In this document: positions 49,458 to 58,008 of the stretch, one piece after another
Position numbering within the stretch: position 1 is the first letter of the stretch
Layout of the letters: each line of letters begins with the position of its first letter
Source: a bacterium
Lineage (GTDB): Bacteria > Hydrothermota > Tepidihabitantia > Tepidihabitantales > Tepidihabitantaceae
Length of the DNA: 64,000 nt
Reading direction: 5' to 3'
Assembly: GCA_046485285.1 (NCBI GenBank)
Contig: JAWOHE010000089.1
Span: forward strand, 1-64,000
Notes under the pieces: model-generated
What the model was told of the DNA's origin: nothing
Seen by the model: only the letters and a program-made list of their open reading frames with translations
The model's database searches: none
Made by a program: the position numbers and the translations under genes

Positions 49458-49648
49458 TTGACAGATCGGGTCGGACCGCAATGCTGGCGCACGATGATCA
49501 GGGCTCCCGCGTCGGACTCGCTCGAGCGGCTGGTCAGACCTTCGACCGCACCGTCGCGACGGGCAAGGCGATTGACGCGCTGGTGTATGAGTTGTATGGG
49601 CTGACGGAGGAGGATGGCAGGATCGCGGAGGGGTTGGCGGAGAAGTAA
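49458..49648 (+). repeat. Copy 3 of promoter/leader element with type IIG R-M C-terminal fragment
   Basis: TTGACA-16-AATGCT-ggcgcacgatgatcagggct...; encodes ATGKAIDALVYELYGLTEEDGRIAEG. Confidence 0.7.
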
Positions 49649-49693
49649 TCGCCGGGACCGGGGGACTGGCCCCGGGTAACCAAAGGAGGAATC

Positions 49694-50237
49694 GTGTTGG
49701 TAATACATCTGACGATACCGTCCGGCCTGCTGGTGCTGGCCACGGTCGGCGCGCTGGCGCATTGCGACACGATGGGCGGACCTGTGGTCGGGGAGGCCCG
49801 GGATGCCCTGGCCAGGGGCAACGCGACCCAGGTGCTGAAGAGGGTGAAGCCTGAAGCCGAACCATAGGTGACGGCCGCATTCGAGAAGGCCCGGGCCGTG
49901 CGCACGAAGGGCAAGGACGCGCAGGAGCTTGCGGACAGGCACTTCCTCGAGACGCTCGTCCGCGTCCACCGCGCGGGCGAGGGCGCTCCATACACCGGGC
50001 TCAAGGATGAGCCGGTGGAGCCGATTGTCGCCAGGACCGACGAGGCCCTGACCGCAGGATCCGTTGGCGAGGTAATCGGCCTGCTTACCGCCGCCCTTGA
50101 ATAGGGCGGCCGCGCGGCAGAACGAGAGCGTGGCGTTGGGCCGGGGGTACGTCGAGGCGTATGTCGAGTTCGCGCACTACGTCGAGCGCCTGCACCGTGA
50201 CATCAAGTCCGGGGCCGCACACACCCACGAGCACTAG
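49694..50237 (+). pseudogene. DUF6448-like secreted protein, disrupted
   Basis: AGGAGG RBS, AHCDTMGGPVV, FLETLVRVHRAGEGAPYTGLK; TAG at 49865 and 50102, then frameshifted tail YVEAYVEFAHYVE. Confidence 0.8.
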
Positions 50238-50329
50238 GATGGGAAGGCAACGCGGGTCAGCGGCGCGCTGACCCGCTGAGCCCGGCGGGCGGGTGGCCGC
50301 CAGGCCCACTGAACCGGGCCCGCACCGTA

Positions 50330-50499
50330 CCCCCACCCGCACTCCCAGTGCTACTCCCCCAGTAACTCCCAGGGTTACTGGGGGAGCAATACCGGGTATG
50401 GGGGGAGGGTAGGGGGGTCCGAAATCGGCTAACCGGCCATATTACCAGGATTTAGGTTGCATGCCCGAGAACGCCCGAATTGCGTCCGGACGCAATTCG
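50330..50499. repeat. Intergenic 12-bp-period element with inverted repeats
   Basis: ctcccccagtaac/gttactgggggag hairpin 50354-50386; perfect 24-bp palindrome 50476-50499. Confidence 0.6.
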
Positions 50500-50552
50500 C
50501 CGACCGAAAATCCGGGGCAGGCGCCGGGCGCGGGTTGGAGGCGGGCCGGAGG

Positions 50553-51785
50553 CTAGTTGCCGGTGTCGGCGCAGTCCTGGCCGGAGAAGCGGGCCTGGTA
50601 GGCTTCCCAGGCCTCGCGGCGGATGCGCTCCATCTCGCAGATGGCGTGCCAGGACTCGTCCTGGCGGCCGAGGAAGAGCAGGGCGTCGGCGAGGGTGACG
50701 TAGGCCTGCTGGGCGTTGGGGTCGAGCCGGATTGCCCGTCGGCTGGAGCTGATTGCGAGGCGGAGGTGGCCGCGGCGGAGGTGGAGGTCGCCGAGCATCG
50801 CGATTGCCCCGGCATCCTCGGGCACGAGCCGGGTGAGCCGGCGCGCGGTGCGGGCGGCGTCGTCGAGCCGGCCGGCCTCGCAGTAGGCCCGGCTGAGCCG
50901 GGCGAGGACGTCGGGGTCGTCCGGTTCCTCGCGAGCGAGCCGCTCGAGGGCGGCGATGGCCTCCGGTCGCATGTTGAAGTGTTCGTAGAAGCCGCTGGTC
51001 AGCTCCGGGGAGTCGCCGAAGCGCTGGGCGATTTCGCCGTAGAGGTCGATGGCGTCGTCGGAGCGGTTGAGGCGGCGCAGGCAGTCGAGGAGGTAGAAGT
51101 GACCGGCCGGTTCGTCGGGCTCGTCGTTGACCGCGCGGGCGAACTCGCCGGCGGCCTGCTCGATCATTCCCTCGTGGTAGTAGTCGCGGCCGAGTTTCTG
51201 GTGGGGGTTCTCGATGTCCGGCGCGACCTCGCGGGCGCGGGAGTACAGGGCGAGCGCGGAGTCGTACTCGCCGTCCATCGCGTAGAAGCCGCCGAGCGAG
51301 ACGAGCGCGCGGACATTGTCGGGCTCGCGCTCGAGCGCGCGCCGGCACGCGGCGACGCCCTTGTCGCGCTCGCCGGAGTATTCGTGGACGACGCCGAGGC
51401 CGAGGATGAGCTCGAGCCGGTCGGGCAGCTCGGCGAGCGCGCCCTCGATGAGGTCCTCGGCGCGCGAGAAGTTGGCGAGGAAGAGGTAGCGGATGCCCTC
51501 GCAAGCCCGGGTCCAGGGGTTGCGGCGGTCGAGCTCGCGGGCGTGGGAGCAGAGCTGTTCGAGGGTGTCTTCCCGAGTGACGATCTGCGCGCAGAGGGCG
51601 GCGAGGTAGTGGGCGCGGAGGTCGTCGGGCGAGTACTCGAGCGCCTCGAGAAACAGCCCGAGCGCCTCGTCCTCGCGCTCGCGGTAGAACTCGGCGAGGC
51701 CGCGCTCGATGAGGCCGCTCGCGGTCGCGATCGACGGCCGGAGCCGGGACCGGGTGCCGCGCCGGGCAGGGGCAGGAGAGTCCAT
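50553..51785 (-). CDS. Tetratricopeptide repeat protein
   Basis: Multiple TPR-like A..L.P.....LG repeats; ATG 51785. Confidence 0.88.
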   Translation of the reverse strand: MDSPAPARRGTRSRLRPSIATASGLIERGLAEFYREREDEALGLFLEALEYSPDDLRAHYLAALCAQIVTREDTLEQLCSHARELDRRNPWTRACEGIRYLFLANFSRAEDLIEGALAELPDRLELILGLGVVHEYSGERDKGVAACRRALEREPDNVRALVSLGGFYAMDGEYDSALALYSRAREVAPDIENPHQKLGRDYYHEGMIEQAAGEFARAVNDEPDEPAGHFYLLDCLRRLNRSDDAIDLYGEIAQRFGDSPELTSGFYEHFNMRPEAIAALERLAREEPDDPDVLARLSRAYCEAGRLDDAARTARRLTRLVPEDAGAIAMLGDLHLRRGHLRLAISSSRRAIRLDPNAQQAYVTLADALLFLGRQDESWHAICEMERIRREAWEAYQARFSGQDCADTGN

Positions 51786-51838
51786 CACCGCCAATATTGT
51801 AGCCGGGCCGGGGCGGTCTGGCAACTGCCGGCGCGGGA

Positions 51839-51867
51839 TTGACAGATTTCCGGCCGGTGTTAGACTT
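51839..51867 (+). promoter_or_regulatory. sigma70-type promoter
   Basis: TTGACA-17-TAGACT. Confidence 0.6.
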
Positions 51868-51899
51868 GGTCGTTTGCCGACAACCAGAAGGGAGAGCCG

Positions 51900-52889
51900 A
51901 TGCCGACAATGCGCAAGGCCGCCGTCGCGGCGCTGCTGCTGCCGCTCGTCGCGGGCGCGGCGAGCATCTGTGTCTGGAACTACGACCCGCTGGACCGGTT
52001 CTTCGACCCGGCGGTCGGGGATTCGATTGACTGCAGTTACTGGGTCGAGCGGGTGCTGTCCGAGCAGGGCCACTCGGTCGAGGTACACGACAGCTACCTG
52101 CCCGGGGACATCACGGGCTACGACCTGGTGTTCTGCCTGATGGGCTGGTACCGGTGCTGAGGGGACAACTGCACCGTCGGTTCGACGGAGCGTACCAGCC
52201 TGATAGCATTCCTTCATTCCGGCAAGGCGGTCTACGCCGAGGGTGGGGACTTCGGCTATTCGAACCGCAGCAATGAGTTCTGGCCCTACTTCGGCTGCAG
52301 TTACCTCGGCGACGGCAACGCCTCGGCCAACGTCCAGAGCCTGACCGGCGTGGCCGGGACGTTCGCCGCGGGACTCGCCTTCGGGCATGCCTACGGCGAA
52401 CCGCCCGACGCCTGGGTCGACGAGATCGGGGAGGACGGCGGCACGCTGTTCCTGCGCGACCAGTCCGGCGTCGGCCGGGCGATTCATTACTCGAACTCGA
52501 ACTGGCGAACCGCGTTCTCGGCGCCGGTCTTCGGGGCGATCCGGCCGACCGACCGAACCGACCTGATGCGTGGGATCACGAACTTCCTTCTCGACGGAAC
52601 CGCGGTTGGTGAGCGGCCGGGCGCGGCCGGGCCAGCCGGATTCACGGTCGCGCCGAACCCGGCGCGGCCGGGCCAGCCGGTCCGAGTGCGGGTGCCGGCC
52701 GGGACGGGCAGGGTGACGGTCCACGATGCCTCGGGCCGGACCGTTGCGACGCTCGAACCGGACCACGCCGGCGTGGCGAGTTGGAGCTGCCTCAGGCCGG
52801 ACGGCCGGGCGGTGCCGGCAGGCGCGTACTTCGTGCGCGCGGCGACGGGCGGCCAGACCCTGGGCCGCACGCTGGTGCTGGCTCGGTAG
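51900..52889 (+). CDS. Secreted protein with T9SS/FlgD-like C-terminal domain; in-frame TGA (52158-52160), probable selenocysteine
   Basis: ORFs 51900-52160 and 52350-52889 share one frame and the gap is open and protein-like (GDNC...LIAFLHSGKAVYAEGGDFGY); hairpin follows the TGA. Confidence 0.75.
52171..52191 (+). promoter_or_regulatory. Candidate bacterial SECIS hairpin
   Basis: gc-a-ccgtcg-gtt-cgacgg-a-gc, G-containing loop about 19 nt after the UGA. Confidence 0.6.
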
Positions 52890-52900
52890 CGGGGATTGTC

Positions 52901-52940
52901 GAACGAGCGGCCGGGAGGAGACTCCCGGCCGCCTTCGTTC
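52901..52940. terminator. Strong hairpin between convergent transcripts
   Basis: gaacga-gcggccgggag-gaga-ctcccggccgc-ct-tcgttc. Confidence 0.65.
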
Positions 52941-53101
52941 AGGCGGATGAAATGAGGAACCGCGATGCGTCAGGAGGCCCAACGCACCGCGGTTCCGGTC
53001 CCCATTCAGAGTGCAGGTCGTCGGGCGGTGAGGAGCGCGACACCACCCGGTGAGAGAACCTCACTCTAGCTCGGTCAGACTCTCCTAAGCCCTATGTATG
53101 C
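52901..53101 (-). ncRNA. Candidate sigma54-dependent small RNA (~200 nt)
   Basis: Four hairpins; G-U pairs form only on the minus strand; no credible ORF; follows the -24/-12 promoter. Confidence 0.55.
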
Positions 53102-53111
53102 GCTACTGATA

Positions 53112-53256
53112 TGCACAGAGCGTACCAAAGTCTGGCGATGGTGTCGCTGCGTCTAAGTCATTGATAACAATGCACAACTTCAGAACTGGTAGATGTGACA
53201 GTAGACATCAGCTCGCCTGCGCCGCCGAAATCTGCTGTTCGACTGCCGAAATCTGC
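53112..53256 (-). promoter_or_regulatory. sigma54 promoter with IHF site and tandem activator sites
   Basis: TGG-tacgctctgt-GCA (53127-53112); TATCAA-tgac-TTA IHF match (53166-53154); gccgaaatctgc x2 (53224, 53245). Confidence 0.7.
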
Positions 53257-53283
53257 ACGGCAGCTGGTGACGAAGGTGGCGAG

Positions 53284-54870
53284 CTAGATGCCGTACTCGG
53301 CGATTCTCCGCCGCAGTGTGTCGCGGTGGAGGCTCATCATCTCGGCGGCCCTGGTGATGTTGTTTCCGGAGCGCTCGAGAGCCTCGATAATCGCGTGCTT
53401 CTCGATGGCCTTAATACTAAGGCTCCCGACGAGTCCCTCGAGGGTCTGCCGTCGCTCGGGCCGGGGTGCCCGCTGGCCGAGAAACCGCATCACACCGATG
53501 GTTGAGATGACGTGGCCGACCGAGACCGCCGCGCTGCCGTCGTACTGGGCGCGCTCCCAGGCCTGCTCGAGCAGCGCCCGGAGGGTGCGGAAATTGCCCC
53601 TGAAGACGTCATTGTCACCGCTGATGTACTCGCCGACGAGCTGGTGGACGAAGCGGGCCGCGCCCTCGTCGACCTCGATCGGCCGGGGCCGGCGGGGGCT
53701 GGCGTTGCGCTCCGCGGCGACGAAGCTGAAGAACTCGCGGACGTCGGACTCGACGACCGCGGGGGTCTCATCCTGCCAGCGGTCGATGAGCGACGGGACC
53801 GGCAGGCACTGCTGGACGACCCGGCTGTAGAAGTCGGGCCGGAAGCTGACTACGAGTTCGTCGATCGTGCGGTTGGTCGCGGCAATCACGCGCATATCGA
53901 CCGGGATCTCGCTCGAACTGCCGACGCGCCGGATGCGGCGGTTCTCGATGGTCCTGAGGAGCTTGAGCTGGACCTCGGGGCTGATGTCGCCGATTTCATC
54001 GATGAACACGGTCGAGCCGTTGCCGTACTCGAAGACGCCCTCGCGGTCGCCGGTCGAGCCGGTGAACGCGCCCCGGACGTGGCCGAAAAGCTCGGACTCG
54101 ATGAGGTTGCGGTCGAGCGCGGCGATGTTGACGGCACAGGGCAGGCCGCGGACCGGGTCATCGGGAACGCAGCGCAGACTGCAGCGGTGAAGCGCGTTGG
54201 CGACGAGTTCCTTGCCGACACCCGGTTGGCCGAGTATCAGGACGACCGAGTCGGCAGGCCCGAGCCGTTCGATTTCGTGGGCGAGGAAGACCATCCGGCG
54301 CGAGCGGCCGACGACCATCCGGTGCTTCGCGCGCCACTCGGCCCTGCGCTTCTCGTCGAGCAGCCGCATCGCGAAGGCGTCGACCCGCTCGGCGAGCGGC
54401 TCGAGGTCGGCCCGGTCGGGCGGGACGCTGACCAGATGGCAGAGGCCCTGGGCCGGGTAGAGCATGAAGTGGTGGAAGCGACGCATGCGCTCGTCGTCGG
54501 CATCGCGGGACAGGAGCAGGACCGGCACGATCGGGTCAATCCCGGTCTCCCGCATCAGCGCGTAGATGATCAGGCCCTGGAACTCGCGGGCATTGAAGTC
54601 TCTCGGAACAGGGTAATTCAGCTCGGGGTAGCCGACGAGCTTCCGCTCATCTTCGACCCCGGTGAAGTCAACGCCGATGACGACCGCGGACACGAACCGG
54701 TCCAGGTTGCGGACGTGCCAGTCGCGCAGGGACTCGAAGCAGTCGAGGCCGATCAGCTCGAACTCGCGGCCGAGCCGTCCGTAGTCGAACGAGGTGATGG
54801 CGCTCGAGATGGCCTCGAGCCGACTGCTAACCCCCTCGACGACGATGACGACCGGCAGTTTGGCGTCCAT
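53284..54870 (-). CDS. sigma54-dependent enhancer-binding protein (AAA+, Fis HTH) with atypical N-terminal domain
   Basis: GQPGVGKELVA, ESELFGHVRGAFTGS, FIDEIGD, RVIAATNR, GNFR.L, C-terminal HTH. Confidence 0.93.
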   Translation of the reverse strand: MDAKLPVVIVVEGVSSRLEAISSAITSFDYGRLGREFELIGLDCFESLRDWHVRNLDRFVSAVVIGVDFTGVEDERKLVGYPELNYPVPRDFNAREFQGLIIYALMRETGIDPIVPVLLLSRDADDERMRRFHHFMLYPAQGLCHLVSVPPDRADLEPLAERVDAFAMRLLDEKRRAEWRAKHRMVVGRSRRMVFLAHEIERLGPADSVVLILGQPGVGKELVANALHRCSLRCVPDDPVRGLPCAVNIAALDRNLIESELFGHVRGAFTGSTGDREGVFEYGNGSTVFIDEIGDISPEVQLKLLRTIENRRIRRVGSSSEIPVDMRVIAATNRTIDELVVSFRPDFYSRVVQQCLPVPSLIDRWQDETPAVVESDVREFFSFVAAERNASPRRPRPIEVDEGAARFVHQLVGEYISGDNDVFRGNFRTLRALLEQAWERAQYDGSAAVSVGHVISTIGVMRFLGQRAPRPERRQTLEGLVGSLSIKAIEKHAIIEALERSGNNITRAAEMMSLHRDTLRRRIAEYGI

Positions 54871-55134
54871 TATCGGCGCAGGTCGCGATCAGTCCCGGCA
54901 ATCATCGCGAGGGAATTATATGCCGAAACGCCTATCTGGCAAGCGCCGGGCGCCGCCGCAGAGTTGTGCGCCGGGGCGACGGACCGCCGAAACCAGCGCA
55001 TCGCCGGCCGCCGCTTTCTGCTGCCAACGGCAGGTGGGCCTGTTAAGGGATTCTCCTGACGCGGGGCGATGTCCGGCTTGACTCCCGGCACAGGTCCGGC
55101 AGACTGTCTTGTGATGAGGAAAGGAGCATCCACC

Positions 55135-55713
55135 ATGTGTCGCATTCTCATTCTTGTTCTCGTGGCCCTGGCGGCGACCGGCTCCCTGTGCGAGCGTGCG
55201 CCAGAGCGGAACTGGGAACGCGGGGATTTTCGCCCCGACCCGGGCCGGGTCTGGGACCTGCCCGGTGACGTGCGGGTCAACAGCATCATCGGCTGGGAGG
55301 ACGAGATCGTCAACTCCGAGCTGCCGCTGGCGCTGGCATTCCGCAACGACGGCAATGCCCCGAGGTCGGTGACGATGCCGGCCGGGCTGTGCTTCAGGCC
55401 GCGCGACCCGGAGTATGCCTGGATGATACTGCTCCAGGATTTCACCTTCACGGTCCCGCTCGACGACACGACGGTCTTGGTCCCGACCTGGTCGGCCAAT
55501 GAGGAGCGGGACGAGCCTGACGACGAGTCGCCCTACGACATCGACCTGGTGGCCCGGGACCGGGAGATGAAGGAGCTGTTCGACCTGCTCGCCGGCAAGA
55601 CACTCATTGACACGATTGTCGAACTCGACGTGGTCCAGGACGCGCTCTGGGAAGTCACCGACGGCGACGGGCTGACCGACTCGACCCGCGCCTGGCTCGA
55701 GGAACTGCCCTAG
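55135..55713 (+). CDS. Lipoprotein with thioester-domain-like motifs (Ser variant)
   Basis: AAGGAG RBS, lipobox-like GSLC, PAGL.F, TWSAN, VQDALWEVTD. Confidence 0.7.
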   Translation: MCRILILVLVALAATGSLCERAPERNWERGDFRPDPGRVWDLPGDVRVNSIIGWEDEIVNSELPLALAFRNDGNAPRSVTMPAGLCFRPRDPEYAWMILLQDFTFTVPLDDTTVLVPTWSANEERDEPDDESPYDIDLVARDREMKELFDLLAGKTLIDTIVELDVVQDALWEVTDGDGLTDSTRAWLEELP

Positions 55714-55722
55714 CGGCAGGCG

Positions 55723-57303
55723 ATGGCGGCCTGGTTCCTTCTCGCAACGCTGGCCGCGGCGCTGTCCGGCTCGGGCGACGCGCGGGGCGCGGCCGGCCCT
55801 GCGCCGGTGAAGGAGCTTGACCGCGCCGAGGCGGTCACCCGGCCGGCGGCCGGCCGGCGGGCGGACGTCGAGCCGGGGAGCGGCAGGGTGGAGTTCGCCG
55901 CCGGGACGGTCGACACCACGGCGGTGAGCGCGTTCGGGGCCGCGGCGGACGAGCGCGGGAGGATATGGCTAGCGATCGCCGGCCGGGACGCGTGGCTCCG
56001 GGTCCTGCGGTCGGAGGACCTCGGGTCGAGCTGGGAGCAGCTCTTCACCTTCCCGACCGGCACCGATGTGCCGAGGGTGGAGGTCGTGACCGGCCCGGGC
56101 GACTCCGGGTGCGTGTTCGTCTTCTACCTGACCGTTGCCCGGGCCGGCGACCTGCGGGCGCTGCGGATCGGGCCGGGCGAGAGCCTCGAGGTGCTGGACT
56201 TCGAGGTCGCGGTCGGGCCGGACACGATAACCGCCTTCTCGGTCGCGGCCGACCGCGACCGCCACTACTACCTCTACCTGCTCTATGCGAACGAGACTCG
56301 CGCCGGCAACAACGCCAGCTTCACCCGGTCGCTTGACTATGGCAAGAGCTGGGAGATTCCCCAGAGCTGGTGGAACTGCCTCGACCCGTGCGTTGTCTAC
56401 GGCTCGGGCTCGACGGTGCACTGCGCCTGGCGCTACGCGGCCAACGGCCGGGAGATCCACGTCGAGACGAACCGCTGGCACGGCCGGCCTCGGAACTGGT
56501 GGGGGCACGCGCGGGTGAGCCGTGCGGCGCAGAGCGTCGGCGAGCCGACGGTGGCCCAGCTCGACACCTGCAACGATGCCCGCGGCGCGACCTGGGTGGC
56601 GTGGACAGTCGCGGACCGGTCCGGTCGCCGGCGCAACATCGAGTACGCCCGGAGCGACGACGGCGGCGGGGGCTGGACCTACGTCGGGCCGCCCGCCGAT
56701 GAGCCGTTTCTCGACCGCTGGGCGCCGGTACTGGCCGCCGCGCCGGGCCGGCCGTACGGCCCGGTCCAGCTCGGCTACGTCGCGGGCCGGATCGGAGCGG
56801 ACACGACCGATACGATGCCGGGCAGGACCGGGCTCCGGTGGCGGACGACGACCCACGCCGACCGCGCGAGCTGGTCGGCCGCGAGCGGCGTCGGCACCGG
56901 GCCGTTCGCATCGGGCCCGGGCGTCAAGCCCCGGCTGGTCATCCCGCCCGGCGCGCCCAAGGGCTGGCCGCTCGCAGTCTACAGCCGCCGCTCGCCGACC
57001 GGGGCGCGCGGGGTGTACGCGAGCGCGCCGTGGCCGGGCGGGTCCGAGGACGGACCGGTCGCCGACCGGGGCCGCGGGAGCGCGCGGGCGGTCCTGGCCG
57101 GCCGGACGCTACGGCTCGAGCCGGTGCCGGACGGGCCGGTGCGGATCGAGCTGTTCGACGCGTCGGGCCGGCGCGCCGGCCGCACGGCCGTCGTCGCGGG
57201 CGGCGCGGCCGAGCTCGAGTCAGACCCGCCGGCCGGGACGCTGTTCGCCCGGGTGACCGGCTGGCCAGCGACCGTGACGTTGCGGGTGTTCGTCGCCCGC
57301 TGA
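55723..57303 (+). CDS. Secreted BNR/Asp-box (sialidase-like) protein with degenerate C-terminal sorting domain
   Basis: RSEDLGSSW, RSLDYGKSW, RSDDGGGGW; C-terminal LFDASGR. Confidence 0.75.
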   Translation: MAAWFLLATLAAALSGSGDARGAAGPAPVKELDRAEAVTRPAAGRRADVEPGSGRVEFAAGTVDTTAVSAFGAAADERGRIWLAIAGRDAWLRVLRSEDLGSSWEQLFTFPTGTDVPRVEVVTGPGDSGCVFVFYLTVARAGDLRALRIGPGESLEVLDFEVAVGPDTITAFSVAADRDRHYYLYLLYANETRAGNNASFTRSLDYGKSWEIPQSWWNCLDPCVVYGSGSTVHCAWRYAANGREIHVETNRWHGRPRNWWGHARVSRAAQSVGEPTVAQLDTCNDARGATWVAWTVADRSGRRRNIEYARSDDGGGGWTYVGPPADEPFLDRWAPVLAAAPGRPYGPVQLGYVAGRIGADTTDTMPGRTGLRWRTTTHADRASWSAASGVGTGPFASGPGVKPRLVIPPGAPKGWPLAVYSRRSPTGARGVYASAPWPGGSEDGPVADRGRGSARAVLAGRTLRLEPVPDGPVRIELFDASGRRAGRTAVVAGGAAELESDPPAGTLFARVTGWPATVTLRVFVAR

Positions 57304-57372
57304 GGACGGGCTTGACGAGGCGGCCGGGCGGCCCGATACTCTGACCGCGCAACGAGCGCAGACGAGGAGCCA

Positions 57373-58008
57373 ATGATGAGCCGCAACTACCGACGGTCGG
57401 CCCGACTCGCCGCCGTCGCCCTCCTGGCGGCGGGCGCGTTGCTGATGGGTGGTGCCGAATGCGACCCGTTCCTGGACGGGGATTTCGAGCCGACCGGGAC
57501 GCCGTTCAGCCTGAACTCGAACCTGGAGCTGACGAGCATCACCGGCGGACCGCAGCCGGTGCCGACCGGCACCTACACGATCGACATGACCTGCCGGGCG
57601 ACCGGCGGCGCGCCGGCGAACCAGGCCTTCCCGGCCGGGCTGTTGTTCAGTTCGACGAAGAACCGGGTCCAGCACGTGGTCGTGCTCAAGTCGCAGAGCG
57701 CGAACTTCGACGTCGCCGGGAGCCGGCGGTCGGTCGGGGTATTCTGCTGCAACCGGTTTCGGCGGACGCCGGACCAGCTCGACACCTTCGACCTCGGGCC
57801 GGTGACCGACAACGGCCAGCTCCAGGAGATTGCCGCGCTGGTCGGCGCCAAGGACATCTCGGGCAACGCGAACCTGTGGCTGGTCCAGCGGGCGGTCTGG
57901 ATGGTGACCGACTCGACCGGGCTGACCCAGGCCTACCGCGACTCGCTGGCCGCCCTGCCGGCGGCGATGCCGCGAGGGCCGGGTCGGGAGTGGATCGCGC
58001 GGCAATGA
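57373..58008 (+). CDS. Lipoprotein with thioester-domain-like motifs (Cys form)
   Basis: Lipobox-like GAEC, PAGLLF, VFCCN...P, VQRAVWMVTD; paralog of 55135. Confidence 0.7.
   Translation: MMSRNYRRSARLAAVALLAAGALLMGGAECDPFLDGDFEPTGTPFSLNSNLELTSITGGPQPVPTGTYTIDMTCRATGGAPANQAFPAGLLFSSTKNRVQHVVVLKSQSANFDVAGSRRSVGVFCCNRFRRTPDQLDTFDLGPVTDNGQLQEIAALVGAKDISGNANLWLVQRAVWMVTDSTGLTQAYRDSLAALPAAMPRGPGREWIARQ

Noticed and set aside
49865-50104. TAG readthrough (pyrrolysine or alternative code) here and at 36406
   Set aside because: Accompanied by a frameshift and other decay; TAG terminates katA, fabF, topA and others normally
52158-52160. Genome-wide TGA recoding (Trp or Gly)
   Set aside because: Many conserved genes end at TGA with stop/start overlaps, so TGA is a normal stop here
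51786-52982. N-terminal extension of the TPR ORF
   Set aside because: Antisense to the candidate selenoprotein gene; TPR content begins at 51785
52901-53064. CsrB/RsmZ-like plus-strand RNA with GGA loops
   Set aside because: Stems contain A-C mismatches on the plus strand and the promoter points to the minus strand
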